Source: Euprymna scolopes
Taxonomy: Eukaryota
Strand: one strand, 5' to 3'
NCBI GenBank assembly: GCA_053919585.1
Contig: CM132813.1
Length of the DNA stretch: 64,000 nucleotides
Shown in pieces: positions 26,381-41,794 of this stretch (its first letter is position 1; every line of letters begins with the position of its first letter). The position numbers were made by a program, and so were the translations under genes. A model generated the notes under the pieces. It ran no database searches and was not told where the DNA came from. It worked only from the letters and a program-made list of their open reading frames with translations.

Positions 26381-29004
26381 TGCTATTTAGTAACGATTAA
26401 GATGAGGAAGTGTAAGGCGTATACAGTATATTAGAGTGCACACAACAAATACATTGAAAATGTAACTCATTCCTGGTATAAATTGAGGCTTGTCAACTGT
26501 CCATCTTTTCTAATACTGCGATTACGACGCTGAATTCGGGGAAATGCTGCCCTCAGGGTCGGGCTTTACCTTGGAGTGCCCACTGCCCCGCCGAATACTG
26601 TCACAAATCAAACATACCTGTGACCTTGTCAAACTCAATGTTTTTCATTTCTCTGACTTTACACAGTACATCTAAGCTTTCGATTTTATCACGGTTCAAC
26701 GTAGTGGTCAAAACTGACAGTCAATCTTAGTTCTAAAAAACACGAATAAACACGATTAGCCTTTAAGGGTAGATAATACATTACCCAAATAAAATTCTTT
26801 CGCCGTTTTAAAATACTCAATCCGCACAAATTTAACATTAGCTCAGCCTAAAACGAATTCTTATAGAAATATAAGGGACGATGAAAAACCAAATATTGTA
26901 GCATGTTAAAATACTTATTCAGCACGAATTTATTATTACGTGAGTGGAAAGAGAAATGTTTATAAATGAATCGTAAGAAATAAACATTTATAAGGTCTAC
27001 ACATTCTCTTTAAGGAACTGGATATTTCTTATTGTTCTTCAAACGGGAACTCGGGCCTGACTGTTTGATTTAAATCATCTGGGAAAAATATCGTAAGTTT
27101 TCGAGTTCACCTTTATTAGAGGGTTATTCATTCTTAAGTAAGTGTACACTTCATAAAAATAAAAACACGCAAAATAACGCACATGAATTTTATTAAATAG
27201 TTCTGTTCACATGAACACGTAAAAAGAAAATCAATCATGAGGCATATATCATTAATTAAATGACATGAGTATAAAATAATGTATCATTCACTGAATGTTA
27301 ATATGTACAACTTCAAATACGCATACATAACATAAATATACAATACGGTCAATACTAGTCATTACCTGATGTGCGTTTTGCCTTTACTAACAGTCATTTT
27401 TATATCTCATCAGAAATTATTATATCATAAATTAAATTAAAGTTAAAATTAAAGTCACCCTTTATCTCTACAGACGGCAACCCGATAATTACGCTCTCAT
27501 TTCTTACTACGCTTCCTCTTCCCAAAATGACTGTGACCATTAAAACCTTTTGATTTATCTTTTTCAAACATTGCCGTCCGTATTTCCCTCATTTAAAAAT
27601 GCATTTAAAGTAGTTTTTTTTTGTTTGTTTTCATTTCTTGAAATAATGATCGCCTTCTCCTCAAAGTCCAACTATTTTCATTGGATATCTGCTTGCGTTT
27701 ATCAGGGGGAAATAATATCTGACACACCTAGAATCGTATTCTTTATTGATCCCCGCATTTCGTTGCTAATACTGTTATTGTTGTTATTTGTATCATCGGT
27801 AATACTTTAGGTGTTACTTTTATTGGTTGAATTATTATTAATATTTCTATTATTTACAGTTTTTGTCAGTATTCTCTTTGCTTGTGTTAAGTGGTGAATG
27901 ATTAATGTACAAAAGAAGGTGCATGTTATTGCATATAATTACTTTTGCAAGAACATCCTGATGCGAAATTATTTGCAGTTTTAAGATGTGATAACATTTT
28001 TTGCTCATGCAGTATATAATTTTAGCTGTTCACAGTTCAACGAATGCTTCTGTAAATGTAAATTCAAGGGGATAAATCCTTCATATGGAAATAACAAGCC
28101 GATCTCTGCTAAGGATTATCTCTGGGACAATGTATTGTTTTAACTTAGCAATCCTTATTATGTATTGGCTTTATGGCGTTAATAACTAAGAAAAATATTA
28201 GCTTTGGTTAAATTTTACGTTGCAGTAGCATCATGTTTCCTGTGTATCAAAGAATTAAATGGAAATTCTTTGGACCATCGATCTGTGAAACTAATTACAA
28301 TCGATCTGTTTCCATGCTGGTTATTTGCAAGTCCAATGTAAACAAAATATTTATTGAGCCATTCTTTTTAAATGATCAAATTAAACCATCAACAAAAATC
28401 CTCATGTCGTCTTGTTGTTCATTTCTTATCCTACAGTGGCCATTTAACATTGATAAGCAGTGCCATTTGTACATGAATCTAATAATCGATCCGTCATTTC
28501 TCTACGTTTATTAACAATAGCTTGACTTTTTACCTTTCTCAAGAGAAACCCTGGGATCCAGATTGATATTTTGTTCGCAATTTCTACATAATTTTTTCGA
28601 TATAAATTGAATATGTTTTATTTTCATTTATTTTACAGTTTTACATAATTAAAACCAGATTGATATCTTGATAGATAGTCCGAGAGATAGTGCGTTTGAT
28701 ATTTACGTTTTGACAGTTGTGCATATATTATAAATACGTTACATTTCTCGTTGTAATGATGGACATAGAAGATGCAGATACACACAGATGATGACGCCCT
28801 TTTCCATATACAGATATGTAAGTTAAACAATTGCAATTCCTTATTTCAATAACATTCTGTATTTATTTTAACTTATGATAGGAATTTTCAATTCCAAATC
28901 TAGTTTCGCAAGTTCGAATCCTTGACTATCCTATTTCATATTTACTTTTAACTAATTCCCTATTTTTTACTTACATGAAAAGGGGGCAGCCCTTTATCAT
29001 GTAA

Positions 29005-29597
29005 CATAGGAACAATTCCGAAAAATTTCGAAAAAGAATGTCAGAAATTGGAATCAGAGGAATAACTGCAAAAGTGCAACGACTAACGATAATGAAAACA
29101 ACTGAAATATTAAGGAAAACCCTTGAATGCGGAGAATAATACAAGAAGGCAATATAACGAATAAGCGTTACAGCGAATGAAGAATACCGAAGCTGTATAT
29201 TTACAAGTTCTACATCCCCATCATGTATCCCCCCCCCGTAGTTCTTCCATCGTTCCTACCGATAAAAAAGTGACACCAAAGTGCTGAGAAGGGTCAACAA
29301 GGACTGAAATACCAAGGAGAGAGTGCCAGCCAGACCTCGGTTGGACAAGCGCAAAGAGAACTGGGACCTTTGGGAGGCTTAATGCCACTCAAATTCCAGT
29401 AGAAACCAATGGACACTGCCGGCGAGAAATCAATGGTAAGAGGCTGTTGGGATGATGCAAATTAATTTGCAAATGCTATCGAAGGAGGAGGAGAAAACTG
29501 GACGTCTGGGAAGACTTGTTGTCACTCAGCCTCCAGAGAACACCACGGGTGTCCAATCAGATCGTTTGTTGACTTGTGTGGAAGCTCCATGTGAGCC

Positions 29598-29653
<56 letters not shown>
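29005..29653 (+). mobile_element. 3' end of a REL-endonuclease non-LTR retrotransposon (R4/Dong-like) with (TAA)n tail
   Basis: GTIPKNF..RMSEIGIRG..VQRLTIMKTTEILRKTLE resembles the R4/Dong C-terminus; duplicated 3'UTR block at ~29361 and ~29498; (AAT)n tail 29598-29653. Confidence 0.65.
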
Positions 29654-29656
<3 letters not shown>

Positions 29657-30527
29657 TGGCAAGATTATCACGGTTGATTTCCTCCGCCTGCGACAAATTC
29701 CACAGCAACATTAAGAGAAATTACTGTTGTAATCAGAGTAATCAAATATAATACAGTTATGTTTATAATGCCGATTATATGCCTAGTAGAAAACGCCGAT
29801 TTCAAAGGATGTTTTGCAATTTAGTTATTTGCATATAATTTTTTTAAGGAGATATGAATTGCATCTTCTCTTTTCTATACTCATGTATAGAAAAATTAGA
29901 AGCAAGGTAACCCGTTTTAATTTGTATTAGATGAAAACTTTACTTTCGAAAAGTTAATTGTCTTTTCCCGATATATGTGAGAAGAAAATACAAAACGAAA
30001 GCTGGAGCGAATGAAAATATTTATGCATTCTTTACTTGCTCTGTAGCTTTGACTTCCGATTATTACGAGGAACAATCAATACATTTCCTGAATACTAAAG
30101 AACATAACACATATCTTACTCTATTTTCCTCTAATAAAACATCCTCCATAGTTTTTATACCCAGTAATATTAGAATGTGACGCCATGCATTAACCATGAA
30201 TACAGTTTTGTCATTTACTTGTACTGTTTGGCTGCTTCTAAAACGATGTTTAATTTCCTCCTTTAATGTCACGTTTATTGTACAAAAAGCATAAAATACC
30301 GAGATATTGTAGTCAGTCCATGAAAAAAACAGATTTGTTGAATATATTGTTTTGCTAAACTCATTCTTAACACTTCACAGACAGTTTACATAATTTATAA
30401 TTGCATAATAGTTGCACAAAAATGTTATAGAACACGAAAACCGCTTTCGATATATATTACTGTATATATTGTTTAGAAAATGTTGCGTCTTAACCTCTTC
30501 TGCCAGTTGTAGATCTACACACATGAC

Positions 30528-30584
<57 letters not shown>

Positions 30585-31296
30585 TTAAAACATCTGCAAA
30601 CCTTTATATTTAGGTTTTAGCCGGAGAAAATCAGTGCAAAACTGTGAAAATTAAAAAAAAATTTTTTAGATGAACGGCGAACGACGACATTACGAATATG
30701 CATGTGTAACGTAATAGCTATCACTCCATGTTTTAATTTTTCGGCCTTGCAGATAACATGTCTTAATAGCTTAGGCAATACGTCAAATGGGAAAATAAAT
30801 CATGAGTTTAACGTTTTGGTTTTTATTCTTGGTTGTGGCGCAATGTGTCATTTTTTATAACTTTTTAAATCAATACTTTCTATATGGTCCAATGTATAGG
30901 AAATGTGCGACTGGGCAAGTCGCCCGGCCTGTAAGTAAATGGTAAAATTGTATGTTTGATGCGCATATGTATGTGATTAATACTGAACAACGATTGATTA
31001 CATTAGCTGCGGCGTAGTTTTTCCCCTTTTGTGTTATTACTGCACGTATTGTCTCGCCTTCCTGTACATTTTCTAGTGAAACGATAATTACAATAAAATT
31101 TAAACAATTCAATCAAATAAGTCTTGTTTATTATTTATACATACTTAACCTTGGTGTGTTTAATGTAATTAGAAATATTTCAAGTCGCGTTAGAACTTTT
31201 ATTTCTTTTTTAAAATTTTACTGTTTTGTTTCCTACGTTTGTTTAAAACTATTTCTTAATTAGATTATCAACTATTTCTACCGGAACATTCAGCAA

Positions 31297-31348
<52 letters not shown>

Positions 31349-34270
31349 TCATTTACTTAATCTGCAACTATGCACGTGGCTATAGTTACATGTATAGTTT
31401 TAATATTCTCCATATGTATTAATGCTGCGAATAGAACAATTAAGGTGATTAAATATATTACACTGCAAATGGTTATATGGTGTTGAATAGTTTATTTTGC
31501 CCAACACGCACCTGCCGTCTTCTCGTTGACATTACATATTAAAGAAATGATCTCTTTTTTACTACACGGATTTTCAGTGGATAGAATTTTATTAAATGTG
31601 AACAAATTTCTTTGAAAATGTTGACGCTTCGAGGAATACCAGCTGCTCTTAGATTCATAAACTTTTGTTTCCTGATTTAGTTCCTCTGCTATGTCTTTGA
31701 AAACCTCATCATATCTCTCGGAAATTTAAACACTCTTTACAAATTCACTAAATTGACTGCTTTTGCTCTTATGATATAAATCTGAGGAATTAAATAAGTT
31801 TAACTTCTCGAGAATATCAGAGATTTATCAGCTGGATATTTACAGAACTATCTGTCGTTCGGGAAACCAACAAATCAAACAGTGTTATGTCTTTAATGAT
31901 CAAATAAATCTTTATATCAGTTAACGAACAGTGCCTATTTCTTATTCTTAGTATGAAAATAAAGACAACAAGTATACCTTATCTTATATTAAACAGTTAT
32001 TTGAATGAACTGAAATGGTATGCAACTAGATATATGAGAGATGTGTCTTCACCTTTTCAGAAGTAATACGAATGAGGACGGACAATTTTCACGGAAAAAA
32101 GATTTGAATGTAGACATTTAATAGGTAAAGAAGTATACGTTATAATAACTAAAAGTATAAGGAGATTAAGTTCAATTTAGTTTAAACTCTATAGATTATA
32201 TTTTCTGGTACTTCGGATTGGTGAAAGAACCATAGACAAATGAATAAAAAGTATCTGGAGATATTGCATTCAATATTGTCTATTATATATAAACAAATGC
32301 ACTCTCTTACACAAATCAAAGAGAGCACAGTCAGAAGCGGATCGGTTACAGTAAGAAAATTATTGATTAACTCAGTCGGCATTAAGTGAATGAATAGTAT
32401 ATAATGTGATGTAGAATATGTAGTATGAATAGAAACTAAATATTTATTCAGAGGAAAAAGATATGAAATATATTGTTTGCTTATTGTAATAAGATGTGAT
32501 ATTAAAATGTAAAAAAAGTGACAAAATACAGTACAGTATATAATACACATGTATATAATAAAAAACACATTATAAATAAGACAATAAACCGGAGCAAATA
32601 CTGTACCCAGGGTTTGGTTAAACACTGTATCCTACATCGTAACCTGCAAAAACCGTACCTGAGTACCACAGTATCTCAGTTTCGACTGTAATGTCAGTGT
32701 GTCGGGGATTGTTTTATGTGCACAGAAGATGAGCAACTAGTTTTAATTTTCTAAGATCACGTTAGTTAGACACAATTTCATGACACAAATCATTTATTAT
32801 AACTTGGACTGCCGTAGTATTTTTGCAAGTGTTGTGTCGGTAAATATACAATGCTACTTATTCAATGAATATTGAAAAGCTTAAAATCAGTCTTTATCAT
32901 AAAACAAATACCTTATCGCTGGATTAAAAAAAACATGAATTCTGCTACTAATTACGGTTAAAATAAACCTTGATTAGTTTGAGCACATGCATTTGCATAT
33001 TTGCAGACATGATTTGTTAAAAATTAGGCAAACGTTAAATAATTATAAACATTAAACTTCATCTAATATTCTGAAGAATCTATCACACATGCAATGGTTA
33101 CTGCATCTCATTAATAAACAAAACTGTTTGGTTTCTCAGAATAAAAGTATATGAGTGAATAAAAACACTTTATACAAGTTGAATTGTTTGTCAGGGTTGG
33201 TGTCAGATAACTGTTTTTATATAAAAAAAAACAATGGTTTAAATTGCCGGACGAAACAGACACATAATAAGAATTCTCGAATTGTATCACCCACACTTGG
33301 TTAAGAATATCTGTTTGTTTTTATCACAATCGAGAAGACACACACATATGAAACTTGTAATTTTCACAACTAAACAAAACAACAAACTTTTAACATCAAA
33401 CCGAAATTAATATATACACATCGAATAAACTGCTAACTTACTTTTAATTGTGAAGGGTTTGTCCAGAGATGAATAATAATTAATTGGGTGTTTATTTTCC
33501 AGCATCATCGTACGGAACTTCAGCGATCTTTCATAAAAAAGCACTTTCTCAGCAAAAAAAAAACAAGCTAGCGAGTAGAAAACTTCCACGAAATTCGCAT
33601 TTAGGCATCCAGTCAATTCGTTTGAGCACAGCAGTCGACAGAAGCTTGAACAGCAGTAATTAAAACAGCTCTACGATGCTGATCATCACACATTACTACG
33701 GAGATTAAAACAGCATTTTCCACAAACAGATGAAAAGTGCACTCTCTACTGTTGTTTACTTCCTGATACTCTATTGTACGTCCAGTGAACTCCGACTAAC
33801 TCCTGAAACTTAAGCGCTTTTTAAAGCCTCAAGTGTTGATGTAGCTTCCAAAAGTTTATGCAGCTTCCAGAATGCACTGGTGTCACGCTACCTCTTTCAG
33901 AGCCTACTGATTCGTATCTACCAGTTTTAGAGCTCATTAACGCGCATCCCCCTGCAGTTGTGCCCATTCGACGTTCAGCCTCCTGGTTCTAAAACTTAAT
34001 TATTTCAACCTATTTGTTCCAAAAACCTAATAACATCTGATTACCGGATCTAGTACCCGTTAGCGTATGGTTGTTGGTTTCACAACTCACTAATGTTCAG
34101 TTATCATTTCCAAAGCTCACTGACGTTCAGCTGCCAGTTTTCAGAGTGCACTGAGGTCCAACCACTTTTTCTTCTGTCCAGTAGTCCCTAGACCTTGTCG
34201 AAATACCCTATGACGTTCAGTTATTGTTTTTTTGCAGGCGATTTCGTCTAGCTCCGACTAATCATAAATA

Positions 34271-35282
34271 CAGGATGTCCATTGGCAATAATTTAACATT
34301 TTGATTTTAGGTTAATTAAAAAAAATCGATATCTATCTTCTCTAACCTATCATAAGTACATGTCAGTATTCTTTGCTATTGTTTTTGTCTTTTGCCTTTG
34401 TGTCTTTTTTTTTATTTATACACTTGATTGACACCTTCACCATTTATTACCCTTTACAACAAGTGGTGACCCTGACGTGATTCTTAGCCACAAGTAAACG
34501 GCGGTAGAAAAGAAAATGAAAAAACAAACATAATACTTGAACGCCAGCAGCAGCAGCTGTTGAGGAAAATTGTATTACATAAATGTTGACCAACCTTCCT
34601 ATCGACCATCTCAAAAAACTTAACCCAGAACAAACCAAAGAAAAGTCGAGTATTTGCTCGTGGTGGAAATCAGGTAATCGCTTTAATCTTAAAAAAATGC
34701 TAACATAAAAATACTCAACTCCAAAAACATGTTTTTATGTAACTTTAAAAGACATATTCATGATATCACACCGAAATCTTCACAAATGAACATTGATGTT
34801 TTGAACAATGTAAATCATAGAGATAATGTTTTCCTGATATTCTGGAATCAGAGGGGTTTCGTCACCATCGAACTGGATAGACAAACATTAGTCTGCAAGA
34901 ATGGTGGCATCCACAAAGCGTTTCATGATACCAAACTTTACGTGAGGTGGAATAAACACAATTTTCGAACGCTCCATCAGAAGAGAAGCCACCCACTGAA
35001 AGATTCAGGTATCAGTCGACTGCGCACAGGCCAATCATTTTTAATCTAATGCTCTGGTTTTGCCCTGCTATCCCAAGAATACAAGAAGCAATAAACATTT
35101 TTTGAAGCAATCTTTTAGCCCGAGAATCGAAACATATGATCTATTGTTAGTATCTGTATAAAGCCTCTTCCAGAACAAATTTGATTTCATCATTATTTTA
35201 TAAGCGCCGCAAAATGGCCTATAAGAACTGATCCATTGTAAAACAAACGAACATAAAATTGCATCTATTTTGGAACACTCTA
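34271..35282 (+). mobile_element. Possible decayed Tc1/mariner-type DNA transposon
   Basis: TA-CAGGATGTCCA... and ...TGGAACACTCTA-TA resemble CAGGGTGT-type TIRs; interior not clearly translatable. Confidence 0.35.
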
Positions 35283-38200
35283 TAAAAAGCCGCCAATCTT
35301 AAGAATACTACTATTCGACAAACAGCTGCCGCAGCAAGCCGGTAACTCGTTGCAATATGCTATATCGTTTTTCTAAGTGAAATATAGCAATAATTAAATA
35401 CGGCGTTTTCTATCAGATGTTATCCGAGTTCCAGAATGAAGTAAATTATATTATTTTCTTATTGAAGATTTTTTAGAACTGTTGAGATCTGTAGTCATAT
35501 TATTAAGTTCTCATTTAGAAAAAGCTGTTAAAGTGAAAAAGGAGAGAATGCTACAGCTGAAATAGTTGCTTTACTAATATCAATAGACAAAACCGAGTAT
35601 TGGTCTTCTTCAAATCAAAGCAATTCACACCCGAGCGAGCCTTTAAACGCTGGAACGATTTTAGTTAGTGTGAAATTGGTCTAATTGAATTTTGAGAAGC
35701 CAAATATTCCTATTCTTCCATTTGATTGCCTTCGTTTTGATTGCTTAGAAATAGCAGTCAACAGAGTGTTTTTGGTTCACTCCAGGCAATTGGAATACAA
35801 AAGCTAAGTGACTTTCTATACTTTTTGTCCACTGCATAAAATATGGGATGCCAATGATTTATCTTGATCAGTCAATATATCATGGACGTAGGCAAGATTA
35901 GCACACTTCATAAATTCACAAATGCTTTTCTTGTTTGATTGCAACGTATATTTCCTGCAAATTAGCTAAAACACATTTGGATTGTTTAAATAACATCCCC
36001 TATGAGATAATGTAGGCTTGCTCAATATTTGTCCTAAAAATCTACAACGAAAGTAAAATAATGTAGCTTATTTATTTCCTGCTGTATTAACATTAAGAGG
36101 ATACACTTAATTTGATCTGAAATCTACAAAAACATGCCACGATCAATAGGCCGATATACTACTCAGTATCCCATCCTTACCAACTATAAACATTATTGTA
36201 TAGTAATTTGACTTTTACTTTATTTTTATGTCATAATCAAGTAACATACGTCGCAATAGCAACCTACCATTGTAATTATGAAGGTACAATGTGTGTACGC
36301 TGCAAAGTCATATAAACCATTCTAAAAATAACGACTCTGAACATTGGAAAATAGTCAACATGTATATTAATTTTGGTCAGGCGCCTTCTGCAATTTTTTG
36401 CGCATTCTGCAGCTTCTAGCAACTTCTTACTCTTTCCACTCCTCTCGCAGTTTACGGTGCCTCCTGCACTTACGGAGCGTACTTAATTCTAGTTACGTGC
36501 TTATGTTTTACCGATCATGAGCAACCAGTTCAGCGGAGCACACCCGCCCCCACACACTTCGAAAATATTAAACTTTTTTAAGGCTTTTAAATCACATAAA
36601 TGAGATAGTAACATATATAGATGAAATGTCAATTTACTGTTATGATTAAAAATAGCCACAAGCATTATAGTAAACTATGTAAAGAAGAAAACAAAGAAAA
36701 TAGCAAATTATATTTTTACAGGATTGCATTTTAAGTGGGGATACTTTAAATAATCCATAATTAAAAAATAAAATAAAAACGGAAAAGTAAACGAGCCGTT
36801 ATCAAATAAATTTAATAAAAAAAGAAAAAGAAAAACACCGCTGACTGTTAGGTACGAGAACAAAAGAAAAGAATGCTAACCGTAAATGTTAATTATGTTT
36901 GTATCAGCGATGTTTTTAAGGAGGGTTAGTTTCGCGGTGACAATATATGTGTATGTAATGTTAAGGGCATTCATACGTAAAATGTAGATATGTGCGGTTA
37001 AGATTTCGTCGTGTAGAGAGAGGTGCAATATTTGTGAAGGTCTGCCGCGTTCGCTTTCTGAATAAGTTGTTTATTCTCGAATAATTTGTCCATCAGCTCT
37101 CGGCCAATGGGAAAAGCCAGAATTATCGAAATAAGAACTTATTATTTTCTGTTCGGTAAGTTAACAGTTAATGGTATGTGTGTATGATTGTATTAATCAG
37201 TTACGAAGGGTGCCAGGAAAATAGTTGCTAGATGTGTATGGAATTCCGTGATGAGTAGAGGCAGCAAGAGGACTACAGATTATTAGGGAACAAATAAGAA
37301 CTAACTCGTCAAAAGATGTTGCGATTGTGACGACGTTTCTCTTCGGATCTAATGTAGGATTTTATTATAACATCGACTTGTGTCTAAAGTAACATAAGAT
37401 AGTTGCTAATTATCTGGACATAATAAATGTGTAAGTGGCCTGTGTTGGTGAACACCTACGATATTTGAGTCCAAAGGGGAATTTCTGAAATTACTTTTTC
37501 ATATAAAAGATATAACTTAGCCTTGATATTGTTTCAAATTTCGTTTTTGCGGTTATAAATTGATGTAAATAACTATTCGATTAAAAATAAATAACAAAAT
37601 TATAACGCAATGCGTATCTATAAAACTGGTTTTGATAAAGGCAAAAAAGAGATGCCCGTGANNNNNNNNNNNNNNNNNNNNNNNNNNNNNNNNNNNNNNN
37701 NNNNNNNNNNNNNNNNNNNNNNNNNNNNNNNNNNNNNNNNNNNNNNNNNNNNNNNNNNNNNNNNNNNNNNNNNNNNNNNNNNNNNNNNNNNNNNNNNNNN
37801 NNNNNNNNNNNNNNNNNNNNNNNNNNNNNNNNNNNNNACAATGTTGTATTACGCTTTACATCATTATACAAATAATTGGCTATGAATTAATGCATTATCG
37901 ATCATTAATGTGTTTGAAATTATTATCTTAATCTCAGTTATGTTTTAAAATGAACATATCTATATAACCCGCGGCAATTACCTTCATAAGTTTAATTCTT
38001 GCAATTAAATGTTATTTATTTTGCACTATTATAATTAGATTAGATGGCAACGACAGTTTACTTAAAACTTTTTTCTTGTATTTTGTTTTACTGTACAAAT
38101 GTATTTTAGCATGGGAAAATGTAATATTATGCTTAGTATGCGTAATAACAAGTATCAGGTAACACTTTATATATTTGCTTACATTGTTCACGACTCACAC

Positions 38201-39649
38201 ATTATGCTTTGTCGCTCGCATTCTGCACTACCATTGTCTTTATTCAAACTCAAATTAATAGAGAACGCGAAACATACATATATAGAATAGCCTATTAAAA
38301 CAAAAATAAATAATAATCTCTTAATACTAATAATAATTATACTAATAATTTCTCAAGACAACTGCCCGCTTGATAAATGTGTATAAGCATTACGTATTTA
38401 AATAGGTATTTAATGAAGTGCATGTAGCCAATAAATACAACTGTATCAAGTGAGGCGGACAACAAAGCAAACTACTTGAATTTGAAAGTAACATACTCGC
38501 GGTGCAGTTATTGAAGTCTCGGGACGTTTTTATNNNNNNNNNNNNNNNNNNNNNNNNNNNNNNNNNNNNNNNNNNNNNNNNNNNNNNNNNNNNNNNNNNN
38601 NNNNNNNNNNNNNNNNNNNNNNNNNNNNNNNNNNNNNNNNNNNNNNNNNNNNNNNNNNNNNNNNNNNNNNNNNNNNGATAATTTTAGAATGCGTACACTT
38701 AGTATTCATGTATACGAATTTAATTGAAGGTAAAAAGATGGTCCTGTGTGCAATGTTGCTTCATGTAATTCAAATGTACTTCCTCAAGGGATTTTCTGTT
38801 TTCACTTAAAAGGGTTATAAAGAAAGACGCGCACTCGGCTACGATTTAGAAAGGCAATTACACTAGGAGAAAATACATAGAAAGCAAGAGTGTGAATACT
38901 TAGCGTAAATACAATGTACTAGCCGCTACGACACACAGAGTGATAACGTCTTAATATTTTCATAACATTACAGAGAACTTATATATTTTGTCTGAGTCTG
39001 TTACCACGACACATTCCTTATTAAAAGATGCAGATGTAAAAGACTATATTTTAAAAATATAGTATGCGTGCCCGTGAATAACATGCATGATGATTATAGT
39101 CTTTCTGTATTATTTATTTATGTTCATAATTATTCGCCAGAAAGAAAAAAAACACCGGAACAGTGACGGAAATGCGTAACTGTGACTGAAATGTTAATTA
39201 AATACTAGAGGCATGAGGTGATCTTAAGTTCAGACTTTTATTACGAGATGATAATCAACATTGTATTTGGATTTCTGCACGATAGTTCCATAAGCGTAAT
39301 ATATGATAGGGAGAGAATTCAACCGTTTGCTGTTAGAGAAAAGACGTTTTGTGAAAAAAACGCATAAGGATATTTAGGGGTTTCTGCAGTAAATATGTAA
39401 AATTTAGCTGACTATATGTACGTATGTAGCATTTATATCGGCAGATTTTTCGTTTTTGCATCTAACTCCTGAAAATATATTGTAGTTTTTTTTTCGAAGA
39501 AAGAACGTAACTGATAAATCATTTGTACGATAGAAAACAGGCCGGCACATTGTACAAGATGAAACGATAAATTTGTCGTATATAATACAACAACCCTCCC
39601 TGCTTAATTTTAAAATATTTATGAAAAAAAAAACAATTCAGAAAATTTG

Positions 39650-40450
39650 GTTATGCAGTAGAGTTGCCATCTTATCAATATAGTTTCATTCAGCCTTAAT
39701 CACTACTTAGCTATGGGTCAAGAACTGAGAGCATGCATTTTCCTACAAGCGCTGTGGGGAGGTCGGTGAATACTCTGCGGATTTTGACGATCAGGTTTGA
39801 TTTGTATTGTAGAAAGTCACGTAGGTGATGTTATCGACATCATGTGTGACCAAACAATGTAGCCCATCGTGTTTATGTCGGAGGAGGAGAAATAGCACAC
39901 CTAAAACCTAGCCTGAGTCATTTTGTACATGTGGGCCGGCGCTGTGTCCTGCTGCCAAACCCAGGGTCTGCAAGCCTCCACCTGATTGGACCAGGGGATC
40001 ACTACACTCTTCATCACAACCAGGTATATTTTGATGTTTACTTTCAGGACGATTTCGCAAATGTAAGCTGGCACGATATATACCTCATTTGAGACTACAC
40101 AAAAGAACATAAACCTGTCAGAAATGTTTTTTTGATCACCCTGGCCACGCATCTATTATTCCTGGCAATATACCGATGCATTTTGCGGGTGCTGGCAATG
40201 AGCCTGTTCTCATAGTTTGGGTCGGTAGATAGCATGAGTTGTACAGCAGCGCTTTTCCGATCTCGCTCGTTGACGTTGTGTCACTGCCGGACAAGATAGA
40301 GGTCTCCTATCGTTCTTAAGATTTCTAACGAAGTGGCCAGTGCTTAGTCAGTCTGCAACAACAAGAAACAAGAAAACAAAAAAATAATAAAAAGAAAACC
40401 GGTTTTCATCAAACATTAATGGAATCATGTACTCTTTTTAGGGCAACACA
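39650..40450 (-). mobile_element. Decayed DD37D (maT)-like transposon, related to 1700-2440
   Basis: ORF 39901-40152 contains VIPWSNQV..RPWVWQQDTAPAH; upstream DNA (ccgatctcgctcg, aaccggt.ttcatcaaaca..atggaatcat) is shared with the first copy. Confidence 0.75.
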
Positions 40451-41748
40451 TTTACATTCCTTCTCTATAGACAGTATAAGGCCTATTACGTTATAACCAC
40501 TTTAAAGGTAATGTGTACATGCCGCCTGTTATAGATATACAGTTCAGATGTCACAAATATTCCTAAAGTATGGCAAACAGTAGCTTGGCATAGATATAGA
40601 ATGCTGACAGGTGTGTTATTTTTCTTGCACGGTATTTTAGCCCAGTTTGTTTTAGAAACTTCATAGGGTTCTTGTGTTTAATTTTTCTAAGTTTGGTTCT
40701 TCTGAATGTTAGAATGGTTAGCATAAATATTAAGTAGCTATGAGCTATGCAATCGGTAGTTATAAAAAAAGTTTTTAGAATCGTCGAGGGCAACAAGGTT
40801 AGGTCTTTGAGGCGTTGAATGTTACCATCCATTTTTGCCATCATTTAAATTTAGACACTTTTTTTCTAAGGATTATGTCATATTGTATTTATTTCCTGTC
40901 TTTTCATCATCCATGATGTATGTTTACTTAATGATACAATCACACACAGAGAGAATATTTCTCAAGTTCTCATAGGTGCTCGGGACGATACAACGATTAA
41001 AAGGCGAAATGCTATTACATCGGCTTAAACATGACGAAAATCGCAACCTGCATAAGCGTATGTACAAACTAGTCTGTATAATCAAAAGAGTTTCTACATA
41101 AGATGCATACACTTGTTTCAGAAAATGTATATTACGTTGTATTTATATAATTCTCTTAGTTTAATAAATGCAAATAACACGCTATACTTATTCTCTTATT
41201 TATTTTTTTTACTGTCCATGCAACACAATTCTGGAGGGCATAACGCATGTATGTATCAGAATACCAAATGCAATATAAATCGACGCACTCTATTTTACAT
41301 ACGATCGTATGCTAGTAATGTCACTTCTAATGATATCAGTTTCATACACTAAATGAAACCTCAAGGAAATAAGATGCTGCTTCTGTCTTTTGGTGGCTGA
41401 ATATGTCCGATCAGATTATGTTGGATGATAACTATTTCTTGTTTAGATGTGTCAGTAAAGATATGATATTCATGAAGTGTTTGTTTACAGATAATATGAG
41501 TAATAAAATAGGACACCTTTTTTTTTTAAATAGGTCGGCTGTAAAATCAGGGTAGTTTGAGGACACAAACGCGTCTGTCATTATATGATTTTTGTTCCAT
41601 GCAACCTCTCTCCCACAGAAGAGACATTACAAGCCTTTCTTTGTTTTATCGTTATTTCCATTGCAGGTGCTCGTCTGAACTCCAATCTCTGGTCCCCCTC
41701 CAATGAATATTTTCGTCATGTTCATCAACGAAATATTCGAATCAATAA

Positions 41749-41794
<46 letters not shown>

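Noticed and set aside
27500-31820. Alternative nuclear code (TAA = sense) explaining the interrupted frames
   Set aside because: TGA and TAG stops and frameshifts occur as well, and the 406-aa RT segment contains no in-frame TAA; decay is the simpler explanation.
36380-36480. Basic, bZIP-like minus-strand peptide RKCRRHRKLREEWKE*EVARS
   Set aside because: It is short, contains a stop, and has no supporting splice or TE context.
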